The notes under the pieces were generated by a model. It saw only the letters and a list, made by a program, of their open reading frames with translations. It did not search any database and had not been told where the DNA came from. Shown here in pieces: positions 1 to 9,625 of a DNA stretch of 64,000 nucleotides. Each line of letters begins with the position of its first letter. Positions within the stretch are counted from its first letter, which is position 1. Origin of the DNA: an uncultured Rikenella sp. (lineage in GTDB: Bacteria; Bacteroidota; Bacteroidia; Bacteroidales; VadinHA17); contig CAYPKP010000001.1 of the NCBI GenBank assembly GCA_964411345.1, forward strand, positions 6,452 through 70,451, in the 5' to 3' direction. Made by a program: the position numbers and the translations under genes.

Positions 1-1088
1 TGACGCTGCTTGCCACTGCATGTTCGGTGCAGTCAGGAAACAGCAGCAGTGACATCGTGGTTCTTCCGCTGGGGGGAGAGGTGAAGGTCACCGAGGGGAG
101 CATGGTCTATGCGCTTCCGCTGACAGTATTTGAATTTGAAATCACGGCCACAAGAACGCTTGAGGTGCCTGGTCCCTATGCAGACTATGCTGCCGCGATG
201 ATCGGGCTTGACAATATCATCGGGCAGGAACATGAGTACTGGACACTGACCGCCGTAAAGCTCAATACCTTTGAGGAGCTTGACCCGGAACAATTCTATA
301 TTATCGAGGGCACATCGCTGATGCAGACGAACCTGCTCTCCCTGAGAGAGAGCGGGCTGGTTCTTGACGTCAATCCCGCCATATACTCCCGCACCGGCTT
401 TTCACAGATACGGCAGCAGGGCATGGAGACCGGCAATCTCTTTCCTGACAGGGGGGCATATGAATACATGGCAACAAGAACAGATACTGCCTACAGGATT
501 GTCAAGGCAGATACTGCCTTCATAAGGGTACCATACCTGGTGCAGAAGAAGCGTGGCATGACCGTCGAGGAGGAGGCACGCGAAGCAGCCGACCGGCTTT
601 TGGAACTTCGTGAGGGCAGGCATATGATACTCACGGGCGAAACCAATATCTTTCCGCAGGACGGAGCCGCCATCGACGAGATAAACAGGCTCGACAGGGA
701 ATATACGGCGCTCTTCGCCGGAAAGAGCTTTACCGAGACAAGGAAATACCATGTATGGCTTACACCCCACCTCTCCATGGCAGGAGACAAAACCACAGTC
801 TTCAGTTTCTCGGCCGCCCGGGGAGTTCTGCCCGCCGGGAGCCGGGAAGGCATACCTGTGCAGCTTGAAATCACTCCCTCCGGAAAGACAAGGGAGCTGA
901 AGCTTGTAACCCGTCCGGTGGTGTCGCAGAAGGAGCTGACGGTCCGCGACAGGCTTTACTACAGGGTGCCTGACGTAGCTGACCTCAGGGTCACTGCCGG
1001 TGAGGAGACGCTCTGCACATCCAGGAAACTGGTGTATCAGTTCGGCACTACAGTAGTTCTGCCGTCAAATTTTATCATCGGCCGGTAA
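1..1088 (+). CDS. Hypothetical exported protein or lipoprotein, 5'-partial (possibly a DUF4831-like Bacteroidota family)
   Basis: The track gives 27..1088 from a GTG. The same frame stays open back to nt 3 and reads ..TLLATAC/SVQSGN, which looks like the end of a signal peptide with a Cys, so the true start is probably upstream of the window. 353 aa uninterrupted; no catalytic motif recognised. Confidence 0.55.
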   Translation, partial: TLLATACSVQSGNSSSDIVVLPLGGEVKVTEGSMVYALPLTVFEFEITATRTLEVPGPYADYAAAMIGLDNIIGQEHEYWTLTAVKLNTFEELDPEQFYIIEGTSLMQTNLLSLRESGLVLDVNPAIYSRTGFSQIRQQGMETGNLFPDRGAYEYMATRTDTAYRIVKADTAFIRVPYLVQKKRGMTVEEEAREAADRLLELREGRHMILTGETNIFPQDGAAIDEINRLDREYTALFAGKSFTETRKYHVWLTPHLSMAGDKTTVFSFSAARGVLPAGSREGIPVQLEITPSGKTRELKLVTRPVVSQKELTVRDRLYYRVPDVADLRVTAGEETLCTSRKLVYQFGTTVVLPSNFIIGR

Positions 1089-2136
1089 GGGTAAAAAAGG
1101 CTTTCTCCCTCAGTGAAAGGTGATACTTCTCAGCTATCCTCTCACGGGCTTTGCGGCCAAGTTCCTGTCGCACGGCACTACCGGTGAGGATTATCTCACG
1201 AAACCTGCTGACGAGATACTCCCTTTCCGAGCTCTCCATCACAAATCCCGTATCCCCGATGATCTCCGGAACGGGTCCCACCGAAGACCCGACAGGTATG
1301 CAGCGGCAGAGCATGGCCTCGCACAGGGCATTGGGAAACCCTTCGGAAACGGACAGCTGCAAAACAAACTGGTTTTCACACAGAAGTGCCATAAACTCCT
1401 CCTGTGGCATGTAGGGATGAAGAACGACGTTTCCCGGAACAGGCTCCAGGGCACGGGCAACAGTGTCGGATATGCCTACGATTGTGAACGAACAGTGGCT
1501 GAACTGCCCTGCCAGGAACAGCACCCGGTCTATACCCTTTACCCTGATCCTCATCATATTGTTGACGGGAGCCACCACAATGAAACTGTCAGCTCTCTTG
1601 CTGTACCGGTCACATACGAAGAAGTCAGGATCAAACCCGTTGTGTATCACCCTGTAAGGTGTTGTGATGCCGGGAAAGAAGAACCTGTATCCCTGTGCCG
1701 GATAATCTGCCGGTTCATGGTAGCTGTACCTGCTCTCGACGAGTGATGCATGGACAGGCAGAAGCTCAGTGCAGAGCCGGAATGACCACCTGATGAAGGC
1801 CCTCATCAGTGGCTTCCGGAGACTGCCGTAGCCAAGCGAGGGGAAAGAGACGCAGTCAGTGCCTCCCGGTATTACATACACAGGTATACCCGTTACCTTG
1901 CCGGCAAGCGCCGGCAACAGAGACCAGTATCCGCCAAACATTACGAAGACCGACACGGAACCTTTCAGGTGGCGGCACAGAAAAAGAAACTGCCTTACGA
2001 AGTTTAGAGGCGCTGCCGCCTTGTGTTTCCAGTTATGAGACGGACTGATCACCTCAAATCTCTTTGAGAGAAAGGTTATGTCTTTCCTGGTAAAGGTGGA
2101 ATCTTCAGGATATATATAGAGTATCTTTTCCCTCAT
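1075..2136 (-). CDS. Glycosyltransferase, GT-B fold (family 1/4-like)
   Basis: 353 aa. The C-terminal half carries the GT1/GT4-type region SVSEGFPNALCEAMLCRCIPVGSSVGPVPEIIGDTGFV. ATG start. Confidence 0.8.
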   Translation of the reverse strand: MREKILYIYPEDSTFTRKDITFLSKRFEVISPSHNWKHKAAAPLNFVRQFLFLCRHLKGSVSVFVMFGGYWSLLPALAGKVTGIPVYVIPGGTDCVSFPSLGYGSLRKPLMRAFIRWSFRLCTELLPVHASLVESRYSYHEPADYPAQGYRFFFPGITTPYRVIHNGFDPDFFVCDRYSKRADSFIVVAPVNNMMRIRVKGIDRVLFLAGQFSHCSFTIVGISDTVARALEPVPGNVVLHPYMPQEEFMALLCENQFVLQLSVSEGFPNALCEAMLCRCIPVGSSVGPVPEIIGDTGFVMESSEREYLVSRFREIILTGSAVRQELGRKARERIAEKYHLSLREKAFFTLTGR

Positions 2137-2148
2137 ATGGGCATCATA

Positions 2149-2862
2149 TCATAGCCTGGAAACCAGAAACCTTAACCTTGACAGAAGTTTCAGGACAATT
2201 ATCCGTGCCCTGGGCAGGGGGGAGAGAGTCACGGCACCTCTCTTTCGGAGAGTGATGAGGGCATAATCATGCTTCCTGTCGAACAGCGAATAGGAGAAAT
2301 AGCTTACAAGTTCCAGTCCTGCCGCATAGGCATTGCCGGTCAGAATGTCTGCCTCCAGCGACTGGTCGATGATCTGCATCCGGTCCGGTGAACTGTCCCT
2401 CAGGTAATCCAATGCCCTGGGGTGGGGTATGTGAATCAGGATCACCGAATCCGGGTGCATATGGTTTGCCAGGGTGTTGAAGAGATTGCGGTGCTGTTCA
2501 AGGGGGATGTGTTCCAGCACATCCGGCAGTACTATGAAGTCAAAGGTTCCGGGATGGCTGAAGTCAGTCATGTCAGTCACCAGGAAATCCACATTCCGGT
2601 GACGTGAGAGTCTCCTGCGGGCCGTAGACACGGACTCGGCGCTGATATCAGCCGCGACGATCTCTCCTCTCCTGACGTATTTCGCCAGCAGTCCCGTCAG
2701 GGTGCCGATTCCGCATCCTATCTCAAGAACCTTGCTCTCCCTCTTCAGCCCTGCCCTTACCAGGAACTCCATGATCCTGTAGTGCCTCAGGTTTACGCTG
2801 GTCCTGACCTGGTGTTCGGCAAAATCATCATACCATTTGCCTATCTCTTCGCGTGTTTCCAT
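2149..2862 (-). CDS. Class I SAM-dependent methyltransferase
   Basis: 237 aa. Motif I VLEIGCGIGTLTGLLA, acidic loop VAADIS, post-I/IV region FDFIVLPDVLEHI. Confidence 0.85.
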   Translation of the reverse strand: METREEIGKWYDDFAEHQVRTSVNLRHYRIMEFLVRAGLKRESKVLEIGCGIGTLTGLLAKYVRRGEIVAADISAESVSTARRRLSRHRNVDFLVTDMTDFSHPGTFDFIVLPDVLEHIPLEQHRNLFNTLANHMHPDSVILIHIPHPRALDYLRDSSPDRMQIIDQSLEADILTGNAYAAGLELVSYFSYSLFDRKHDYALITLRKRGAVTLSPLPRARIIVLKLLSRLRFLVSRL

Positions 2863-3060
2863 AGGATTGTCCGATAAACGGGCCGGCTGTAAAAGCCTTC
2901 CGCGAAAGCAAAAGTATGCTAATTTTGATTACGGATCTAATTTGCGGCTTCAGAGTGTTGACTGCTGCCATCCACCCGGGCCTTCTCCGGCATGCGACTC
3001 CTACGGGTGCAGTCCGTTGTTTCGGAAGAAGTCGTTATTATTTACTATGGATGAGGCTTC

Positions 3061-3102
3061 GGCTGCCGGCTGAAGACTGTAGGCTGCCGACTGCAGGGTG
3101 CC
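3061..3102. repeat. Tandem heptamer array (GNCTGNN x6)
   Basis: ggctgcc ggctgaa gactgta ggctgcc gactgca gggtgcc. Ends 2 nt before the TAA (3105-3107, minus strand) of the thioredoxin-fold gene. Same unit family as 11720-11811. Confidence 0.7.
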
Positions 3103-3104
3103 TA

Positions 3105-3626
3105 TTACTGCACCTTTCCCTTGAAGCTCTTCGAGAAGTCCTCGAAGCTCTGCTTCTGCCAGCTTGTGCCGGCAAAGTACATAAGCATTGGCTCAATCTG
3201 TTCGGGGGTTCTGTACCCTGAAACGGGAGTGATAAGCTCACTCTGGGCGGTAAGGAAGACGATGGAAGGGTAACCCAGCTGACCCTGCAGCATTGCGTAT
3301 GCAAGCTGGTGTGTCTTGCCCAGGGATCCGTCATTGACAAACTTTCTACCCTGGAACATGACTGGCTCCTTGCCCTCGGCATCAAACTTTACAGCGTAGT
3401 ATTTTGTATTGAGTATTTCAGCGATAACAGGATGCGAGAAGGTATCCTTGTCAAGCTTCTTGCACCATCCGCACCAGTCGGTATAGGCATCAACGAAGAT
3501 AGGCCTCGGGTCAGCTTTTGCGAGTGCTACTGCCTCCTCTATAGTGTGCCATTGAACCGTGGCATTCTGCGCGGAGAGCAGCAGCGCAGGGGCTGAGAGG
3601 AGCAGGATTATGATAAGTTTCTTCAT
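3105..3626 (-). CDS. Secreted thioredoxin-fold protein (DUF255/thioredoxin-like)
   Basis: WCGWCK (CxxC) active-site motif in ...FVDAYTDWCGWCKKLDKDTF. Signal peptide MKKLIIILLLSAPALLLSAQ. I use the ATG at 3626 rather than the TTG at 3635. Confidence 0.8.
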   Translation of the reverse strand: MKKLIIILLLSAPALLLSAQNATVQWHTIEEAVALAKADPRPIFVDAYTDWCGWCKKLDKDTFSHPVIAEILNTKYYAVKFDAEGKEPVMFQGRKFVNDGSLGKTHQLAYAMLQGQLGYPSIVFLTAQSELITPVSGYRTPEQIEPMLMYFAGTSWQKQSFEDFSKSFKGKVQ

Positions 3627-3673
3627 GATAATCAACTGTTTGCAATAATTTAAAAGATAGTCTGATAATTGTG

Positions 3674-3681
3674 CAAAATTA
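3674..3681 (-). promoter_or_regulatory. Putative Bacteroidota -7 promoter box (TAATTTTG)
   Basis: Exact match to the TAnnTTTG consensus on the minus strand, about 48 nt upstream of the ATG at 3626, in an AT-rich divergent spacer. Confidence 0.3.
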
Positions 3682-3806
3682 GTATTTCACTTCAATAACC
3701 AAAATTGTGCCACAAAGTTCATCCAACATGTTTTCTGTGTGGCTTATTGGAATGTTTTTTTTATACATTTACGCACCGTCTAATTATTAAATTCACATAA
3801 ACTGAT

Positions 3807-5222
3807 ATGGAAAAAATAAGAAAGACCCTTGCTGACTCAAAGACTGCAAGGTGGACTGCGCTTGGTGTTGTGGCATTTACCATGCTTTGCGGATATTTCC
3901 TGACCGATGCCATGGCGCCGCTAAAGCCGATGCTTGAGCAACAGCTTTCATGGAGCAGTGAAGAGTACGGCCTTTTCACCAGTGCCTACGGCTGGTTCAA
4001 TGTTTTCCTCATTATGCTGATCATCGGAGGTATCATACTTGACAAGATGGGTGTCAGGTTCACCGGCAAGATGGCCACCATGCTGATGGTTGCCGGTACG
4101 GCACTCAAGTTCTGGGCTCTATCCACCAATGTTTTCGAGGGCCAGAGCTGGCATTTTCTCATCTGGGATGCCAACCCGCAGGTTTTCCTGGCCGGACTGG
4201 GCTATGCAATTTTTGGTGTAGGGGTTGAGACCGCCGGCATAACGGTGTCAAAGATAATTGTGAAGTGGTTCAGGGGTAAGGAGATGGCCCTTGCAATGGG
4301 ACTGGAGATGGCCACTGCCAGGCTTGGCACCACGCTCGCCCTCGCCGGTTCGGCTCCCCTGGCCAAGGCTCTGGGTCATGTGTCGATGCCCATCCTTGTT
4401 GCCCTGGTCCTGCTCTGCGTCGGCATGATTGCCTTCTTCATTTACTGCGGCATGGACAAGAAGCTAGATGCATCCATAGCCCAGTCGAAGGAGGGACTGC
4501 CCGAGGAGGAGGCCGACAGCTTCAGGCTGAAGGATATTGTCTTTATCATTAAGAACAAGGGATGGTGGTACATCGCTATCCTTTGCGTTCTTTTCTATTC
4601 AGCGGTCTTCCCGTTCCTGAAATACGCTTCAGACCTTATGGTCAACAAGTTTGGCATTGATCCGGAGACTGCAGGACTTATACCTTCAGTGCTTCCCTTC
4701 GGAACCATACTGCTGACGCCGCTTTTCGGCAACCTGTACGACAGAAAGGGCAAGGGTGCTACAATCATGATTATCGGGGCATTGCTCCTGATATTTGTTC
4801 ATACGATGTTTTCCATCCCCGCACTCGACAAACCGTGGATGGCATTCTTTCTTACCATTATTCTCGGTATCGGATTCTCTCTTGTGCCTTCAGCCATGTG
4901 GCCTTCGGTGCCAAAGATCATACCCGACAAACAGCTGGGAACAGCATATGCCCTGATATTCTGGGTGCAGAACTGGGGGCTGATGGGTGTTCCGTACCTG
5001 ATCGGCTGGGTGCTCGACAAATACTGCATCACCGGCACTTACCTGCTTGACGGTGTGGAGGTCCCGAGCTATGACTACCAGCTGCCGATGATGATATTCA
5101 CGGCTCTCGGTGTGCTGGCACTCTTCTTCGGCTTCCTGCTGAAGGCTGAGAACGTCAAGAAGGGTTACGGCCTTGAAATGCCCAATATTGTAAAAGAAGA
5201 ATCAATAATAAAAGAGTTATGA
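3807..5222 (+). CDS. MFS transporter
   Basis: 471 aa and highly hydrophobic, with roughly 12 predicted TM segments and a central charged loop (KKLDASIAQSKEGLPEEEADSFR). Stop overlaps the pepD start (ATGA). Confidence 0.8.
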   Translation: MEKIRKTLADSKTARWTALGVVAFTMLCGYFLTDAMAPLKPMLEQQLSWSSEEYGLFTSAYGWFNVFLIMLIIGGIILDKMGVRFTGKMATMLMVAGTALKFWALSTNVFEGQSWHFLIWDANPQVFLAGLGYAIFGVGVETAGITVSKIIVKWFRGKEMALAMGLEMATARLGTTLALAGSAPLAKALGHVSMPILVALVLLCVGMIAFFIYCGMDKKLDASIAQSKEGLPEEEADSFRLKDIVFIIKNKGWWYIAILCVLFYSAVFPFLKYASDLMVNKFGIDPETAGLIPSVLPFGTILLTPLFGNLYDRKGKGATIMIIGALLLIFVHTMFSIPALDKPWMAFFLTIILGIGFSLVPSAMWPSVPKIIPDKQLGTAYALIFWVQNWGLMGVPYLIGWVLDKYCITGTYLLDGVEVPSYDYQLPMMIFTALGVLALFFGFLLKAENVKKGYGLEMPNIVKEESIIKEL

Positions 5223-6682
5223 GTGACATAAGAAATCTTGAACCGAAGCTTCTGTGGAAATATTTCTATGAAATAACCCAGATACCCCGTCCCTCCAAGA
5301 AGGAGGCACGGATGACAGAGTACATGAAGAAGTTTGGCCAGGAGCATGGCCTTGAGACCATCGTTGACAAGACCGGCAACGTTGTAATACGCAAACCAGC
5401 GACAAAAGGGATGGAAGACCGTGTCGGCATAGTGCTGCAGGGTCATGTTGACATGGTTCCACAGAAAAATTCCGACAAAAAGTTTGACTTTGAAAAGGAT
5501 CCTATCGAGACGATGATTGAGAAGGGGTGGGTAACTGCCAACGGCACCACCCTTGGCGCCGATAACGGCATCGGTGTTGCAGCAGCCATGGCTGTGCTTA
5601 CCGATCCGAAGGTTGTGCACGGCCCGGTTGAAGGACTCTTCACCATTGACGAGGAGACAGGCATGACGGGTGCCAAGAACCTGAAGAAAGGTATGCTCCA
5701 GGGCGAAATCATGATCAACATGGACTCTGAGGATGAGGGTGAACTCTACGTGGGTTGTGCCGGTGGCGTTGATGTAAGCGCGGCACGCAACTACAAGCAG
5801 GAGAAGAGCCCGTCGGGAGTGACTGCCTACAAGCTGACCCTCAAGGGACTGCGTGGAGGACATTCCGGCCTCGATATCCATCTTGGCAAGGGAAACGCCA
5901 ACAAGCTGATGTTCCGTTTCTTCCAGCAGGCAGAGCATGACTTTGGGATGCGCATCGCTGACTACACCGGGGGAGACCTCCGCAATGCAATCCCCCGCGA
6001 GGCATTTGCAACCGTTGTTGTTCCTTCAATCAAAAAGGCCCAGTTTGAGAAGTTCATCAAGGGTTATGAAAAGATGTACAGGGAAGAATTCAAGGAGGTT
6101 GACCCTGACATCAGGTTGATTGCCAAAACCTGCGACGCGCCGGACACGGTGATGAATGAGGCCGACCAGTACCGGATAATAAGGGCGGTATTCGTATGTC
6201 CGTGCGGTGTTCAGCGGATGAGTGCCAGCATGCCGGGAGTAGTTGAGACTTCCAATAATCTCTCAGTGGTGAAAATCAGTGACGGCAAATTCCAGGCTCA
6301 TAACCTTACCCGCAGCTCGGTGGAGACGGCCAAGGAAGCAACAGCATGGAAGATAGCCGCCGGGTTCCAGCTCGCCGGTGCCGAGATAACCATGTCAGGC
6401 GACTATCCGGGATGGAAGCCCAACATGGAGAGCAAGATACTTGTTACCATGAAGGATACCTACAACAAGCTTTACGGCAAGGTGCCTGAGATCAAGGCCA
6501 TTCATGCCGGTCTTGAGTGCGGTATCATCATGGGTGCCTATCCGAAGCTTGACTCAATCAGTTTTGGTCCAACGATCCGTTATCCGCACAGTCCTGATGA
6601 GAAGGTGGAGATCGAATCCGTTGAGAAGTTCTGGAACTTCCTTGTGGCTACACTGAAGAACGCTCCGAAAAAGCAGGCATAG
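5219..6682 (+). CDS. pepD: Aminoacyl-histidine (Xaa-His) dipeptidase, M20 family
   Basis: 487 aa. N-terminus LEPKLLWKYFYEITQIPRPSKKE is typical of PepD. Metal and catalytic motifs LQGHVDMV, GADNGIGVAA, TIDEETGMTGA. Confidence 0.9.
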   Translation: MSDIRNLEPKLLWKYFYEITQIPRPSKKEARMTEYMKKFGQEHGLETIVDKTGNVVIRKPATKGMEDRVGIVLQGHVDMVPQKNSDKKFDFEKDPIETMIEKGWVTANGTTLGADNGIGVAAAMAVLTDPKVVHGPVEGLFTIDEETGMTGAKNLKKGMLQGEIMINMDSEDEGELYVGCAGGVDVSAARNYKQEKSPSGVTAYKLTLKGLRGGHSGLDIHLGKGNANKLMFRFFQQAEHDFGMRIADYTGGDLRNAIPREAFATVVVPSIKKAQFEKFIKGYEKMYREEFKEVDPDIRLIAKTCDAPDTVMNEADQYRIIRAVFVCPCGVQRMSASMPGVVETSNNLSVVKISDGKFQAHNLTRSSVETAKEATAWKIAAGFQLAGAEITMSGDYPGWKPNMESKILVTMKDTYNKLYGKVPEIKAIHAGLECGIIMGAYPKLDSISFGPTIRYPHSPDEKVEIESVEKFWNFLVATLKNAPKKQA

Positions 6683-6730
6683 CATTTTCCTGCCCCGGTA
6701 AGCTGCCCGGAGCAGCTTCATCTTACACTA

Positions 6731-6762
6731 CCGCCCCGGCAAGCCACCGGGGCGGTTTGTTA
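6731..6762 (+). terminator. Rho-independent terminator after pepD
   Basis: 9-bp GC stem CCGCCCCGG / CCGGGGCGG with a 7-nt loop, followed by TTTGTTA. Confidence 0.6.
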
Positions 6763-6864
6763 CCGGGAATTGTCGCCGGCAGCTCATTTTGTGCGTATAA
6801 TCCTTCCCGCCAGCCAGCCTCCGTGCAGAGTACTCACCGGCAGTTTATCCCGTGTACTGAGAAT

Positions 6865-9618
6865 TCAGAATGACAGTACCAGCTTCTGTCTCTCTTTCGA
6901 GCTCCATGCCTGTATCCCTTCGGCCTTACGCCATATCCCCGTGTCAGGGTCGCCGGCTTCAATGGTGTAGGCGCCGTAACGGAATACTCCCGGCTGGAAT
7001 GAGTTGCCGCTGATGCGAAGGTTGTAGACCATCTCGCCGGTACTTTCACTGATGATCCTGACAACAGGGTTCCAGAGACCCTCAGTAATCACTTCAGGGA
7101 GCCAGCCTGTTATCTTTCTTCCGTAGTTGTCGGCCTGGCTGATGGTTAAAGGCCAGCCAGGGAATGGCTCTCCTGTTGCCGGGCCGGCATATCCCGGCCA
7201 GTTCGCCAGCTCTATCTCCCTGGATGCCCTCCTGAAGGTTATGGCGCTGTAGCCGGTGACAAGCTCATTCTGACGCGTCGGTTCTGCCGTGCTTTTGTGC
7301 GGGTTGGCCACCGCCTTTACAGTTATTTTGTTTCCGAAGCCATCCCTGAATTCACCGGTGTATTCCGGAGCACCTTCCTCACGGTTTCTGCCCGGTTGCG
7401 GGGGGAACCACCTCCTTGGAAAGATATTGCCGGTTGCAGGAGATACAATTGCATATCCTGCATCATCCCAGTCGTCGGTTCCGTACCGGAGGGTTGAAGG
7501 AAGGTGCTGGTCACCGCAGACATGAAGTGCAAATGCCTTCCTGATGATCTTCAGCGCACGGTCACGTCCGCTCTGCGGCCAGCCGTCAGAATCGAAGTCG
7601 GTGACAATCCTGTCGCCCCTGACATATACTCCTGAGTCAGGTATCTCCAGAAATGGCACAATGGCGTCGCTGGCGGCGGAGTCAGGCAGGGTGGACAGGT
7701 TGGCCCACAGTGTCTGCGACAGGACAGCTTTCATCCAGGTGCCTCGTGACCAGTCTCCGGCCCATTGTTCCAGGAAAGCGTTCTGCCGGTCGCCGAGCAG
7801 TGTGGCTCCTGCAACGTCAGCAGACCGTTCGGCACTCCACCGGGGATTCTGCGGCCAGCCGTTGACAATCATGGCATCGGGCAGCAGCTCTGCTGGTGCC
7901 GACTTGAACTTGCGGTCCTCTATCACCGCGAAGCTGACACCGCCAACGTTGCATTCGGTAAAGAATACGCCAATGCCCTGTTCCGCCGGCGCAGGATCGA
8001 CAGGATCAGGGAGGTGGCTTGTCTGGGTCTTCTGAACCGTGTTGACAAATCGTGGCGACATTTTATAACCTCCGGCATCCTGGGCCATGCTGCCCTCAAG
8101 CCCGGGGGGTGTGGCTCTGCCGCCACAGCCCCACAGGTTGCCGTGATAGACGTCGTGGTCATCGGGGATCGTCACAGCCGGAACCGTGGTCGTGAGGTCA
8201 CGGTAGGTAATGCACCACAGATACCATTTGTAGAGGTAATCTTCAATGGCACCCTCGCCGAAGACGGCAGCCGTGGGGGAGGCGCCCTCATAGACCTGGT
8301 CGCCGGCAAAAAAGAGCAGGTCGGGCTTATGGCGTCTGAGATTGTCAGTCATGCGCCGGTGAGGGAACAGAATGCCCCATTCAAACGGAAAGTACCCTGC
8401 ATCTATCCCTGCCCATTTCTTCGGATCGGGCTTTATGACCTGTTCAATGCATGACAATGAGAGCAGCTTTATCTCCTCCTTGTCCACCGGATCATGCTTC
8501 ACGGTGCCGGAGAGCATGTTTCCGGCATCATTTCCGTAACGGTACCTTGCAACCAGCCGGTATGGGCGGTCCTCACTGCCGGTGATGCCTGTCAGCCGGA
8601 ATGCAGCGGTCCAGGAGGGTGTATCGACGGCAGCGGTGGCGACAGTCTGCCACCTGCTTTCATCCATGAACTGCAGATCAACCGAGTCGCACAGATCCCT
8701 GCCCACGGGCATCAGCTGTGCAGTCATCCTGAGAATACCCCTGCTAAGTGTGTACTGAGCCGTGACAAGCGGGCCGGTGCTCCTTTCCCGGTAGCTGAGC
8801 ATGCGTGAGCCTCTGACACGCCAGCCGGCAAAGGAGAAGCGCGTGGCAGAGAGGCCTCTCTTTGCGGAGTGTGATACCAGTGCGATATTGCCGGTCAGCA
8901 TTGATGTTTCAACCTGAAAGTCTTCGATGGCCGAAATCACCCGTCTTGAAGAGGGGTCGACTGCAATGATGGTTAAAGATGTCATGCCCTCACTGCTTCT
9001 TTCAGCCGTAATACGCAGCAGTGCCTCCTTCCATTCCGGGAAGCCCTTTGACGCATAGGCCGGGTAATCATCCGGCTGTGACAGGTCACGGACAAACACC
9101 CTGCCGCTGGCGTCGAGGCCAACAAACAGACCCGCACCCTCGCCCCAGGAGTGAAATATCAGGCTGGCGGAGAGATAGTCAATACGCGCTCCTGCACCCA
9201 GGAGCACTCCGGCGGCTGCGTCCCTGCCCTCACCCCGTCGACTTCCGGCTGCACTTTTCCTGAAGCTGCTGCTGCCGGTTGCAGTACTGCTGCTGCCGGT
9301 GCCAATGCCGGGTGTGGTGCCGGATACTTTCCGGATGTTTACCAGGGTAATGAGATTGCCCTCCTCCGGCCCCGCTCTCCTGGTCATCAGATGTACGGTA
9401 CGCAGGGGGAGGTCGCTGAGACAGGTGAGCCTGCCATCAATGATCTCCCAGTCGGCAAGCCTGTTCGCCCAGAGATCGGGTCCAACCCACCGGCTGTCCG
9501 GATACTGTTCCCATGCCGACGAATATCCGTTGCCCGAAAAGCGGGTGCATGAGACGGACAATAAGACTATTATGACCGCCATCACTGAGGTAGCGGTAAC
9601 AGTTCTGGTACTGGCCAT
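6865..9618 (-). CDS. Large lipoprotein with C-terminal PhoD-like metallophosphatase domain
   Basis: 917 aa. Signal and lipobox-like VIIVLLSVSC. Calcineurin/PhoD-type motifs LLFFAGDQVYE and IPDDHDVYHGNLWG, later CGDQH. N-terminal ~400 aa not recognised. Confidence 0.7.
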   Translation of the reverse strand: MASTRTVTATSVMAVIIVLLSVSCTRFSGNGYSSAWEQYPDSRWVGPDLWANRLADWEIIDGRLTCLSDLPLRTVHLMTRRAGPEEGNLITLVNIRKVSGTTPGIGTGSSSTATGSSSFRKSAAGSRRGEGRDAAAGVLLGAGARIDYLSASLIFHSWGEGAGLFVGLDASGRVFVRDLSQPDDYPAYASKGFPEWKEALLRITAERSSEGMTSLTIIAVDPSSRRVISAIEDFQVETSMLTGNIALVSHSAKRGLSATRFSFAGWRVRGSRMLSYRERSTGPLVTAQYTLSRGILRMTAQLMPVGRDLCDSVDLQFMDESRWQTVATAAVDTPSWTAAFRLTGITGSEDRPYRLVARYRYGNDAGNMLSGTVKHDPVDKEEIKLLSLSCIEQVIKPDPKKWAGIDAGYFPFEWGILFPHRRMTDNLRRHKPDLLFFAGDQVYEGASPTAAVFGEGAIEDYLYKWYLWCITYRDLTTTVPAVTIPDDHDVYHGNLWGCGGRATPPGLEGSMAQDAGGYKMSPRFVNTVQKTQTSHLPDPVDPAPAEQGIGVFFTECNVGGVSFAVIEDRKFKSAPAELLPDAMIVNGWPQNPRWSAERSADVAGATLLGDRQNAFLEQWAGDWSRGTWMKAVLSQTLWANLSTLPDSAASDAIVPFLEIPDSGVYVRGDRIVTDFDSDGWPQSGRDRALKIIRKAFALHVCGDQHLPSTLRYGTDDWDDAGYAIVSPATGNIFPRRWFPPQPGRNREEGAPEYTGEFRDGFGNKITVKAVANPHKSTAEPTRQNELVTGYSAITFRRASREIELANWPGYAGPATGEPFPGWPLTISQADNYGRKITGWLPEVITEGLWNPVVRIISESTGEMVYNLRISGNSFQPGVFRYGAYTIEAGDPDTGIWRKAEGIQAWSSKERQKLVLSF

Positions 9619-9625
9619 GGTTAAG

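Noticed and set aside
5165-5938. 257-aa ORF on the minus strand
   Set aside because: It lies entirely antisense to pepD, whose product has clear M20 motifs. The composition is Leu/Val/Gly/His-rich, typical of a shadow ORF in GC-rich coding DNA, and I recognise no motif.
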